Positions 8,370 through 17,880 of a stretch of DNA of 64,000 bases are shown in pieces. Origin of the DNA: Anaerohalosphaeraceae bacterium (lineage in GTDB: Bacteria; Planctomycetota; Phycisphaerae; Sedimentisphaerales; Anaerohalosphaeraceae); contig JBNRMN010000002.1 in assembly GCA_050309605.1 (NCBI GenBank), positions 16,438 to 80,437 of the forward strand, written 5' to 3'. How positions within the stretch are numbered: the stretch's first letter is position 1; every line of letters starts with the position of its first letter. The translations under genes and the position numbers were made by a program. The notes under the pieces were generated by a model. The model did no database searches and was not told where the DNA came from. It saw only the letters and a list, made by a program, of their open reading frames with translations.

Positions 8370-11258
8370 ATGATATTTCCGAGAACCGGCATTATTGCAT
8401 CCTTTTTTCTGATTTTTTCGATGGGTGCATTGGGGGATGTGCAATGGCTGCGTTATCGAACCAGTGAGGATGTGGGCCAGGAGGTGGGCGCCTCGGTGAA
8501 CCGGTATTATCGCAGTTTTGAGTCGCAGCGTCCGGAGCACGTGCGGTGTCCGGAATTCAAATCCGACAGTCCCTTGTTTATTAAATGGAACACCCCGATG
8601 GACGGGCAGGGTTTTCGGTGGATCGCGTTGGATCGTTCGACGCCGTATGGACAATATGATCTGTTGTATATCGATTCAAACGGCGACGGGCATCTGGATG
8701 ACGAGAAGCCGTATCAGGGGCGGCGAAGCGATCAGTATCGTATGGCCTTTCATCCGTTTCCTGTCTATCTGACCGGCGAGGACGGGCCGATTACCTATCA
8801 TCTGGCGTGCCAATTCTACAGCTATGATGAGCGCAGTCGATATTTGATGATGTCTTCGGGCGGTTATTATGAAGGGACGGTGTTGATCGGCGGCGAACCG
8901 GTTGGGTGTGTTCTGGTGGATACCAACGGCAACGGGACGTTTGACGATACGGCTGAGGACTTTAACGCCGACCGGATTTTGCTGGGTGAAGGACAAAATC
9001 GGCGGGAGTATTTTGTGGGTCGCTATCTGGATTATGAAGGGACGTTGTATCGGCTTCAGATTGCACGCGACGGGGCGTTTGTGTCTCTTGCGGCTGCGCC
9101 CGACGTATCGTTTGGGGTCGTGCAGGTTCCCGAAGGTTTGACGAAATTCTCGGCCGGGGGTGTTAATGGAATGTATCACATGTCGCCGGAAAACGGGCAC
9201 GTGCGCCTGCCGGAAGGGACGTATCGGGTGTATCAATGGGAGTTGGTTCGTCAGGACAAGGGGCAGGACTGGACCTTGCGGGGAAGCAATTTTCCGCGTC
9301 AGCAGAGTTTTACGGTCAGCGCCGATACGCCGGCGAGGGTGGCTGTCGGCGAGCCGGTATTTTCGCGGCTGTCGGTTTCCGAACGACAGGGAATCTATTC
9401 GATCAATCAGGAACTTCGGGGCAAGATGAACGAGCAGGTCAGTGTGCTGCGAAACGGTCGGCAGCCGCCGGCGCCGAAGGTGCATATTCGCAGCCAAACG
9501 GGCGCGTATGACCGGACGTTTTCGCTGGAGTATGGGTGAGGCGGTACCTGTTCGCTCTCGTGGCGAGAGCCGAGGAATATTGAGCGTCCGTATGTTATAA
9601 CGCCGCTGGTCGAGGGGCCGTTTGATATACGGCAGATGCGCTATGTTTTTAAGCCGCTGCATCGTTCGGTACCGGTCGTCGGGCCGTGGATTGCCGAGGT
9701 TGCCGCCGATGAGGCGCTGCGCGTGGTGGTTGACGGTACGGGGCTGGTTGACCGTAACGGCGACCGTTTGCCGGAGCATTTGACGCAAACCGAGACGCAG
9801 TGGATTGTATCGCAAGAGGAGGTGGGAGAAGGGCTTGTCTTTGATTTCGGCCAAGCGGTCGAGTTGGAAACGCTTCAAATCTGGAATTACAATGAGCCGG
9901 GCTATACATCGCGCGGCGTCGCGCAGGCGGATGTATCGGTCTGGACGTCTGAAGGCGACTGGAAGACGGTTTTGCGCGGCGCGTCGCTGCAAGAAGCCGA
10001 AGGGACAGACCAGTATGATGAGCCGACCCTGCTGAGGCTTGTCCCGACGCGGGCCGAGAAGGTGCGGCTGAGCAATCTTAAGCCGTTTGCCGATGAGGGG
10101 TTTGTCGGTTTGTCGGCGATCCGGTTTTATGAGAAGGCCACGTTGGCGGCCTGCAATCCGCAGCCGCCGGGAGGGGCATCGCTGCCGTTCAGTTCTCAGG
10201 CGACGTTGTTCTGGACGCCGGGTAAAGAGGCGGCTGCGTATGATGTGTACGCCGGAATCGACGGTCAAGAGCCGGCGTTTTTGGGTCGCATTGCGGAATC
10301 TCAGGTCAAACTGGTCGGGCTGGTCGGCGAACGAACATATCGGTGGCGCATTGATGCGGTACAAACGAATGGTACCGTTACGCAAGGGCCGCTGTGGTCG
10401 TTTTCGGTTGAGCCGGGCCGCTGTGTGGCGCATTGGCCGTTTGATGAACACGAAGGCCAAACGGCTGCCGATTCGCTCGGTCAGGCGGCCGGTGTGTTGA
10501 GAGGTGAACCGGCGTGGCTGATTGACGGCGGACGGATTGACGGGGCCATCGAGCTGGACGGTCAGCGTGATTTTGTCGAAACGCCGGCGCTGCATTTGAA
10601 CACTGATACGCTGACGATGACTGTCTGGCTGCGGGCTGATCCGCCGCCGAATCAACTGACCGGCGTGATGTTCTGCCGCACGCCTTCGACGGTGGCGGGA
10701 ATTCACTTGAGCGGTACGAATCTGCGGTATCACTGGAATGATCTTCCGGAAAGTTATAATTGGGACAGCGGACTGAGTCTTCCGACGGATGGCAGGTGGG
10801 TGTTTGCCGCCCTGACGGTTACGCCGGAGTCGGCCAGGCTGTACCTGCATCATGACGGTGAGCTGAAGACAGCGGAAAATCGTCTCGTTCATTCCGTTCA
10901 GCCCTTTGACGGGCCGTTGACATTGGGATGTGACGGCGGGATCAATGACCGCAATTTCAAAGGTCGTATGGATGATGCGCGGGTGTATAATTATGCGCTG
11001 ACTGCTGAACAGATTCTTGCACTGGCCGAGGGACGTGAGCCGGCGGATTACGCTTCAGATGCGGCGCCGTCGCTGGCGCTGGCCGGTGCGGAATTGATCC
11101 AGCGCGACGCGGATTTGAAGGCGATCGCCGAGGCTCGGCAGCGCGAGCGACAAGCGGCTCCGCCGGCCGAGGTGCGCCGACGCAATATCCTGCCGGTGCT
11201 GGTGATTGTGGCGTTGATTGCCGCCGCGGCGGTGGTCTTGGGCAGGAAGTCCGCATAA
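8370..11258 (+). CDS. Putative exported selenoprotein (962 aa, Sec390; UxxxC motif, discoidin-like and LamG domains, C-terminal TM)
   Basis: ORFs 8370-9539 and 9636-11258 are in the same frame, separated only by TGA at 9537-9539. Read-through gives EYG-U-GGTCSLSWREP, and a SECIS-like hairpin follows. Signal peptide; FKGRMDDARVYNYALT LamG motif. Confidence 0.8.
9554..9570 (+). promoter_or_regulatory. Candidate bacterial SECIS hairpin
   Basis: GCTCTCG-TGG-CGAGAGC, perfect 7-bp stem; loop at +22..+24 after the TGA. Confidence 0.8.
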
Positions 11259-11382
11259 ACCGCAGAATAAGCAGTGAAACGTCAGATTTCACAAACTAAA
11301 CAGAGAACGTTCTATTATGCGGCACGATCCTTCCGGCCGTATTGAAGGGGGATCGTGCCCGTGCTGCAAGGGAGGTTTCAGG

Positions 11383-13821
11383 ATGCGTCAAGTCATAAGC
11401 AGAAACGGGTGGACGTGGGTTATGGTTGTGTCGGCGGTACTCGGTGCGGCTGAGGCGAAAACGCTCAAAGGCACGGTCACCGGTCCTGACGGCGCACCGG
11501 TGGACGGCGCGGCGGTGAGTGTCTATGCGGCCCAGCTTAAGATTGAATCGCTTGCTTTTGAGGTTCAGCCGGTCGGTCAGACGACGACGTGTTCGTCGGG
11601 ACTGTTTTCGGTGGAGACGGATGTTCAGATGCTGTCCAGCGAGGGAGGCTGGCTGTTTTTTGCGGAAAAGCCGGGCCTGTCAATCGGTTTTTCTTTGCTG
11701 CAAGACTTCTCGGAGGACAGCACGTCGCTTCAACTGACCGCGCCGCAGACATTGGCCGGACGGATTGAGGATATTCACGGTAATGCGGTTGCCGGGGCCG
11801 GGGTGCGTCTGCTGGTTTTATCGGTTCCGGGTGAGCGTGAGTGCTATACGCTGGGGCTTGAGCCGATCCCGTTTTTTGCTGCGGAAACGGATGCGCAGGG
11901 GCGATTTGAATTCGCGAATCTGCCGGAAAACTGTACGGCTGAACTCTTGGCCAAAAAGGCGGGACTGGCGACCTTTCATACGCTGACGTCCAACATCAAT
12001 CCGCAAACGGGGCTGAGTTTTTCGGTCGGGCAGGAAGATATTGTCCTGACCTTATCCGAGGCGTGTCGAATCAGCGGTATAGTGACCGACCAGGACAATC
12101 AGCCGGTGGGTCATGTGCAGATTGTGGCGATTGAAGCGGACCATCCGCAGATCGGGATTTTTACCCGGAATCTAACACGCGCCGAGGCCGACGGGACATT
12201 CAGCTTCGGCGGCCTGTCGGCCGGGTCATATCGACTCAGTGTGATTGATGCGGACTGGATGTCCGAGCCGGTTACCGTGGAGGTCAAGACGGAGGTGGGT
12301 GTGCCGCTGAAGGTCGTCAAGGGCAGCCTGCTGACAGTGACGGTGGTGGACGGCGTTTCCAATCAGCCGGTTGGATCGGCTCAAGTCAATGTGAGTCCGC
12401 AGGATGAACGCAGCAGTTTCTCGTTCGGCAGGGGCACGACCGATCCGGAGGGCAAAGTGCAAAGTCGCGTTTTGCCGGGGACGTATAATGTGTACGTCAG
12501 TGCGCCCGGATATCGCAGCAGCCGCAGTGTCGCGGCGGTCGTGGAAGACGGCAAGACCAATGAGATCACGATTATGCTGGGCGCAACGGCCCGCATTGCC
12601 GGAACGGTTACCGATTCCGACGGGCGGCCCGTTGCAGGGGCACAAGTCTTTGTGCTCCCCTTTTCGGGTAATGTGCGGGACGCCATACAGACAACCGACG
12701 AAAAGGGGCACTTTACCCTTGGGTGGGATCCGGAGCAGATCAGTTGGGTACAGGGTGAATTCTATCTTGCCGCGATTGACAAAAGCAGCAACCGTGCGGT
12801 GATTGAGCCGATTGACGCGGACACCACGGACATCCAGCTTACCCTTCAGCCCGGTCTGACGATCACCGGCAAAGTGACCGGCCCGGACGGCGAATCTCTG
12901 GCCGGGGCGGGGGTGAATGTGCAGTTTCGCGGCTCAAACTGGTCTTCGACGCTTCAGGGATACACCGCCCAAACCGACCGGGACGGGATGTATCGTATTG
13001 CCGCCATACCGCCGCAGCAGCGGTATTACTTATTCATCAGTGGGCCGACCGGTTATGGCACCGGGTCGGTTAATCTGGAGTTACCGACGGACGGCGATGT
13101 GGTTACCGCATCCGATACGGTGCTGAAATTGGCCAATCTGTCGGTATCCGGCAAGGTGGTTGATGAGGACGGCAATCCGCTGGAGGGGGTGAATCTGCAT
13201 TGTTACGGCTCCGGCCAGCCCAGCGCCCAGGCGCGAACCGGCACGGATGGGACATTTGTGTTTGATGCGGTCTGCCAAGGCGATCTGTCCATTCAGGCCA
13301 ATTATCAAAAAGACGGCGAGTATATGTATTCCAATGTCCGAACCGAAGGCGGAGCGCAGGAGGTCACGATCGTCCTGGGCCCGCAAAGCTCCGGCGGCGG
13401 CTATGTGCCGCGACGGCCGGCCCCGCTGGTCGGCAAGCTGCTGCCGGATTTGTCGGGGTACGGCATTGAGCTTGAGAGGCAGGCCGGGCCGGTGCTGGTA
13501 TGCGTCTGGGACTGGCGGCAGCGGCCGAGCCGTTATATGGTGCGGCAACTGGCCGCGCGGGCCGGTGCGCTGGCCGAGCGGTCGGTACAGGTCGTGCTGC
13601 TCAATGGCGAATCGACGGAACGTGAGCCGCTCGATGCGTGGCTGGCTGATTTTGACATTCCGTTCGTCTGCGGCGTTATCGCCATCGACCCCGATAATTC
13701 TCGATTTAATCTCGGCGTCCAGGCGATGCCGTGGCTGATTTTAACCGATGGTCAGCGCAAGGTCATTGCTGAAGGGTTTGCGCTGTCCGAATTGACTGAT
13801 AAGCTGGGCGGACTGCAATAA
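11383..13821 (+). CDS. Exported protein with carboxypeptidase-regulatory-like repeats and a C-terminal thioredoxin-like fold
   Basis: Signal peptide; repeated G.V.D.DG.P..GA.V ... TD..G.F units; C-terminal LPDL..PVLVCVW..QRPS..AMPWLILTD. Confidence 0.8.
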   Translation: MRQVISRNGWTWVMVVSAVLGAAEAKTLKGTVTGPDGAPVDGAAVSVYAAQLKIESLAFEVQPVGQTTTCSSGLFSVETDVQMLSSEGGWLFFAEKPGLSIGFSLLQDFSEDSTSLQLTAPQTLAGRIEDIHGNAVAGAGVRLLVLSVPGERECYTLGLEPIPFFAAETDAQGRFEFANLPENCTAELLAKKAGLATFHTLTSNINPQTGLSFSVGQEDIVLTLSEACRISGIVTDQDNQPVGHVQIVAIEADHPQIGIFTRNLTRAEADGTFSFGGLSAGSYRLSVIDADWMSEPVTVEVKTEVGVPLKVVKGSLLTVTVVDGVSNQPVGSAQVNVSPQDERSSFSFGRGTTDPEGKVQSRVLPGTYNVYVSAPGYRSSRSVAAVVEDGKTNEITIMLGATARIAGTVTDSDGRPVAGAQVFVLPFSGNVRDAIQTTDEKGHFTLGWDPEQISWVQGEFYLAAIDKSSNRAVIEPIDADTTDIQLTLQPGLTITGKVTGPDGESLAGAGVNVQFRGSNWSSTLQGYTAQTDRDGMYRIAAIPPQQRYYLFISGPTGYGTGSVNLELPTDGDVVTASDTVLKLANLSVSGKVVDEDGNPLEGVNLHCYGSGQPSAQARTGTDGTFVFDAVCQGDLSIQANYQKDGEYMYSNVRTEGGAQEVTIVLGPQSSGGGYVPRRPAPLVGKLLPDLSGYGIELERQAGPVLVCVWDWRQRPSRYMVRQLAARAGALAERSVQVVLLNGESTEREPLDAWLADFDIPFVCGVIAIDPDNSRFNLGVQAMPWLILTDGQRKVIAEGFALSELTDKLGGLQ

Positions 13822-13883
13822 GACGACAGCACAGCAGGGGTGTTTTATTCGGCTGTTGATGTGATTATGTTCAGGGAGTTGAG

Positions 13884-15038
13884 ATGAGACAATGGGTTGT
13901 TTTATGGGTCGCTTTCGCGGCGGCCGGGGCGATGGCGCTGACGGTTTCGGAGCAGACGCTTGATCTGTTTGGTACGTCCGAGCCGGAGGATCCGAATGCC
14001 GTGGTTCTCGCTGATCCGCCCTACACCGTCAAGGTGTCGCGCACGGGCAAAGTGCTGAATGTGGCGATTGAGACCGCGTCGCGTGAGCAGGCGGAATTGC
14101 TGTTCGGCGCGCATTATGAACAGTCGCCGAGACTGTCGATTTATAAGGGCGATTTGCTGCTGGCATCGGGGCAGTTCGCCTTTGGGTGAGGCGGCGTCTG
14201 TGCGTACTCGTGGCGAGTACCGATGTATGCTTATGGCACATTCAGAATCGAGACGGAAGTGCCGACCGGCGAAGGCGAACCGATCCGCGTCGAGCCGACG
14301 ACATATTATTTCAATCCGCTGTATCATGCGTCGGGGTTTGTCTATTTCGTTCCGGTTGCGGCGGCGTTTTTGTTCCTGAAAGAAAACCGGCGACCGAAGG
14401 CGTTTTTGATTCTGGCGCCAATGCTGCTGGTGATGGGGATGTGGAGAGGGTTTTCCGGAGTGATGCATTTTCCTGAAGAGGCGGTCAGCATGTTAAATTC
14501 AGTGGTTATGGCCTTGCTGGCGGGCCTTTCCGTTGTCTGGCTTCTGGGTGAGCGGATCGGCCATCGCCATCGGTTGGCAACGACTTTTCTGGCGGGCGGT
14601 ATTATGCTGGGGTGCTGTGCCCTGATGCTGGTAGAAATCTTTTCCTCGGACTATGTGTTTCAAATCGCATTTTTCGGTGTGATCAGTGCGGCGGTTATCC
14701 TGTCGGGCTTACTTGTCGGCGGTTTCCTGAGCCGGAAGCGATTTGGCCCGGTGCGTTTTTTGCTATGGTTCGGTGTGGGCATTTTATCGGCGACTTTTGT
14801 GCTGTTTTTTGTTTATTATGCGATTTTGACATTTTCCTATTTCAGTGCAGATTTGTTCTGGATGTTGTTGGGCGTGATGCTGACTTATGCCGCAATCTAT
14901 TGGGTAGGCGTCTTGCCGTTTCTGGTGCTGTTTTTCGTCAATGACTTTTGGCGGCAGCGGTTTACGGCGGTCATGGGATTGGGCACTGTAGCCGTATCCG
15001 AGACGGAAGCTCACGAGGCGTTTACGTCTGACTTCTGA
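13884..15038 (+). CDS. Putative membrane selenoprotein (384 aa, Sec102; exported UxxxC domain plus multi-TM domain)
   Basis: ORFs 13884-14189 and 14223-15038 are in frame, separated only by TGA at 14187-14189. Read-through gives FAFG-U-GGVCAYSWRVP, and a SECIS-like hairpin follows. Confidence 0.8.
14204..14220 (+). promoter_or_regulatory. Candidate bacterial SECIS hairpin
   Basis: GTACTCG-TGG-CGAGTAC, perfect 7-bp stem; loop at +22..+24 after the TGA. Confidence 0.8.
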
Positions 15039-15886
15039 TCGCCCAGTTCCGTCGGTTCGTCCAGCAGGGTGGCCGGCTTCAGTGCGCCGGGGCCGCATTT
15101 TGTGCATTCCAGACAGCGGATGCAGTGGTCGGCGTTGGGGGTCTTATCGGGCTGGACGCCGTAGCGGCACAGGGTTCGACAGCGGCCGCATTGGGTGCAT
15201 TGGTGTTCTTCCAGGTTCAGTGTAAACAGAGAAAACCGATTGAAAAAGCCGAAAATCGCACCCAGCGGGCACAGAATTCGACACCACGGGCGGATGGTAA
15301 AAAAGATGGCGGCGACAAAGACGACGATGATGGTGATTTTGAGGGTGTTGGGCCAGGGGATTACGTCGCCGGCGACGGCGGCGGAAACCACATCGGGCAG
15401 GGCCTTTTCCAGCCCGCCGGCCGGGCAGATACGGCAGATAAACAGCGGGTGGCCTTCGCCGAAAAAGTAGGGGACGGCCAGGACTGTCCCGATCAGTACG
15501 ACATAGCGAAAATGCCCCATCCAGCGGGGGATTTTGAAACGCGGCGCGGGGACCTTGGCCGCGACATCCTGAAGCAGGCCGAACGGACACATCCAGCCGC
15601 ACACCAGCGAGCCGAGCATCACGCCGAACGCGATCAGCAGTCCCACGGCAAAATACGGAAACAGGTGCAGCGCACTGAATTGGGCAATGACGCCGATGGG
15701 GCAGCCGAACAAGGCCAGCGGACAGGCATAGCAATGGAACACCGGTCCGCACACGGTGTGCATCCGCAACCCGAACGGATCGAGCCAGACCAGCAAAAAA
15801 CCCGTCTGTACCCACAGCCGATGCGGCAGGAGTTTTTTGAAAAACCGCGACAGCGGCGATGACGATGAATTGACCGTGGACACCAC
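15011..15886 (-). CDS. Membrane 4Fe-4S binding protein (NapH/YccM-like polyferredoxin)
   Basis: CGWMCPFG and WCRILCPLG CxxxCP motifs; CTQCGRCRTLC and CIRCLECTKC ferredoxin motifs; TM helices; AAGGAGG RBS (start may be the second GTG, 15883). Confidence 0.9.
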   Translation of the reverse strand: MVSTVNSSSSPLSRFFKKLLPHRLWVQTGFLLVWLDPFGLRMHTVCGPVFHCYACPLALFGCPIGVIAQFSALHLFPYFAVGLLIAFGVMLGSLVCGWMCPFGLLQDVAAKVPAPRFKIPRWMGHFRYVVLIGTVLAVPYFFGEGHPLFICRICPAGGLEKALPDVVSAAVAGDVIPWPNTLKITIIVVFVAAIFFTIRPWCRILCPLGAIFGFFNRFSLFTLNLEEHQCTQCGRCRTLCRYGVQPDKTPNADHCIRCLECTKCGPGALKPATLLDEPTELGDQKSDVNAS

Positions 15887-15890
15887 AGCC
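15872..15890 (-). promoter_or_regulatory. Candidate bacterial SECIS hairpin overlapping the start of the next gene
   Basis: GGCTGTGG-TGT-CCACGGTC, 8-bp stem with two G-U pairs; loop at +22..+24 after the TGA. Confidence 0.65.
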
Positions 15891-15894
15891 TCCT

Positions 15895-16140
15895 TTAACT
15901 GCCTCAGGTCGGGCAGGCTTCGGGGGGCTTGCCCGTGTAGGTTAACTGCAATCGACCGTCGTCGGTACGCTCCAGCCCGCCGATGCTGACTTCCTTCATC
16001 AGCCGCGTTTCGGGCGTGGCCAACCCTTTGTCGTTGTGTTCCGAAAAGACCGGCTGCGTGTGAAACTTCAGCCCGAAGGCCATCAGGCCGGCGCCGATAA
16101 ACAGCAGCACAAATACGATTTTGATCTTGAAGGACTCCAT
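15895..16140 (-). CDS. Small membrane-anchored protein with a putative C-terminal CxxU motif (81 aa with read-through)
   Basis: N-terminal TM; ends TGC CCG ACC TGA GGC AGT TAA = C-P-T-U-G-S-stop. Confidence 0.7.
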
Positions 16141-16233
16141 AATATTTACGCTATCATAGCACACCGGAATGTATTTGTAAACAGCGTTTGGCGTACAAAA
16201 TGATTGGCGGCCAGTCAGGATCGGCAGCCAAAT

Positions 16234-16266
16234 AAAAACGCCCGCGGACTTTGTCAGCGGGCGTTT
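16234..16266 (-). terminator. Intrinsic terminator after xerC
   Basis: Minus strand AAACGCCCGC..GCGGGCGTTTTT. Confidence 0.75.
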
Positions 16267-16286
16267 GAGGCTGTATCTAAAAAGAC

Positions 16287-17297
16287 TTATGTTGTCGGTT
16301 TGATTTCCAGCGGATGGGCGTTTTGATATTGTTCCTGCATTCGACTGGTGGTGATATGCGTATAAATCTGGGTTGTCGATAACGATTGGTGTCCCAGCAG
16401 TTCCTGAACGCTTCGCAGGTCGGCACCGTTGTTGAGCATATGGGTCGCGAAGCTGTGCCGCAGCGTGTGCGGGCTGATGTTCGGGTCCAGACCCGCCTCG
16501 ATGAGGTATTTGTCCATTTTTCGGCGGACGCTGCGGGCACTCATCCGTTTGCCGTGCTTGTTGGCAAACAGCACTTTACTGTCAAAGCCCGGATCATTGG
16601 CCAGACGGCGGCTGCGAAACTCCAGATAATGTTGAATGCTCTGCAGCGCTGTCAGACCAATCGGGCAAATCCGTTCTTTTTTGCCTTTGCCGCGGACGTG
16701 AATCACTTCGCCGAGGAAATCCACATCTTCCATATTCAGGGCCACCAGTTCGCTGACCCGCATCCCCGTGCTGTAGAGTACTTCCATCATCGCTCGGTCG
16801 CGGGCACCCAGCCATGTGGTGGCCGGCGGTGTGTTCAGCAGCCGCTGAACCTGCTCGTATTCAAGAAACTTGGGCAGTTTTTTATCTTGTTTGGGTGTTT
16901 TGATATTGGTGGCCGGATTGCTGGACACATAATTGCGCTTGACGAGAAATTTGTAAAAGCTGCGCACCGTGGCCAGTTTGCGTGCGGTGGTGGATTTGGA
17001 ATAGGCGTGGGAGTTCAATTCCGCCAGAAAACGGCGTATCGTATTGACGTCCGCAGCCTGCAGCAGGGTATCGATCTGGGTTTGTGCCTGGGTCTGTGTT
17101 TGTGTCGCGACCGAACCGTTCTCGGCGGCCCAGGGATTTTGTCCGTTGTCGTCGGGGCCGTGCGCGTCGGCGTGGGCGGCCAGAAAGGCGCTGTACTGCT
17201 CCAGGTCAGCCTCATAACACTTGGCGGTATGCTCGGAAAAATGTTTTTCAAATTTCAGATAATTGACAAAATCCTGGATAATCGCCGAGTTGTCCAT
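16287..17297 (-). CDS. xerC: Tyrosine recombinase XerC
   Basis: RD.A..E.LYSTGMRVSEL, GKGKKER, SPHTLRHSFATH.L..GADLR.VQELLGH.SLSTTQIYTH. Confidence 0.88.
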   Translation of the reverse strand: MDNSAIIQDFVNYLKFEKHFSEHTAKCYEADLEQYSAFLAAHADAHGPDDNGQNPWAAENGSVATQTQTQAQTQIDTLLQAADVNTIRRFLAELNSHAYSKSTTARKLATVRSFYKFLVKRNYVSSNPATNIKTPKQDKKLPKFLEYEQVQRLLNTPPATTWLGARDRAMMEVLYSTGMRVSELVALNMEDVDFLGEVIHVRGKGKKERICPIGLTALQSIQHYLEFRSRRLANDPGFDSKVLFANKHGKRMSARSVRRKMDKYLIEAGLDPNISPHTLRHSFATHMLNNGADLRSVQELLGHQSLSTTQIYTHITTSRMQEQYQNAHPLEIKPTT

Positions 17298-17355
17298 AAG
17301 TCTGTTTCCTTGTTTTAAGTTGTTTGCATTGTGCTGTCGGCTGTGCCCTGCCCTC

Positions 17356-17610
17356 TCATTCGACGTCGCGCCGGCAGCTTTGCATCGGATCGGTCAAATC
17401 TTTATACAGAATTTCATCCGCCTGATGGATGAGCGATTGGGTCAGCTTAAAGCTGACCACCGCGGCGTCAAACCAGTCAAAGTCCGTACGCGCATCATTG
17501 GCCGCGGCCACCAGCGCATCCAAAAGAAGGCCTTCCTGGCCCGGCTCATAGCGAAAAATATACTTTTCTGAACCTTTATTCAAAACGAATTGCCGCTTTA
17601 CGATTTCCAT
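17356..17610 (-). CDS. Hypothetical protein
   Basis: Protein-like ORF (KYIFRY..G.E..LLD.L...A....DFDWFDAA) co-oriented upstream of xerC. Confidence 0.7.
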   Translation of the reverse strand: MEIVKRQFVLNKGSEKYIFRYEPGQEGLLLDALVAAANDARTDFDWFDAAVVSFKLTQSLIHQADEILYKDLTDPMQSCRRDVE

Positions 17611-17880
17611 AAGGCATCCTGAAACAGAATCCACATCTTTTTTTATCGGGCTGAATGCGATTTTCTGAAGTCTTTTTCCCCGAAAAAAACAAATCAAAGA
17701 CAGATTCAGACAAAACAGCCATTTTTATTATCGACCGATAACGAAGCTTTCTTCAGAAGAAATCGGTATGCAAATAGGCGGTTGGGGCAATTCTTTATGA
17801 CGTCCTATAATAATTCTTGCCGTCCAACAGCAAAAACCTGAGGAACCGAGGGGGGGGATATATCGGGATGGGGGAAAAAA

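Noticed and set aside
8676..10892. Long antisense ORFs (also 3936-5135, 20867-22330, 42280-43551, 48916-50001, 61338-62564)
   Set aside because: Shadow frames of well-supported genes in GC-rich DNA; no recognisable motifs.
8370..16140. Genome-wide reassignment of TGA (code 4 or 25) as the explanation for in-frame TGAs
   Set aside because: Many conserved genes here end at TGA at their expected C-termini, often in ATGA overlaps (e.g. 35460, 36074, 36697, 47586).
16287..17297. Phage or island integrase
   Set aside because: The sequence is XerC-like and flanked by housekeeping-type genes; no att repeats or tRNA seen.
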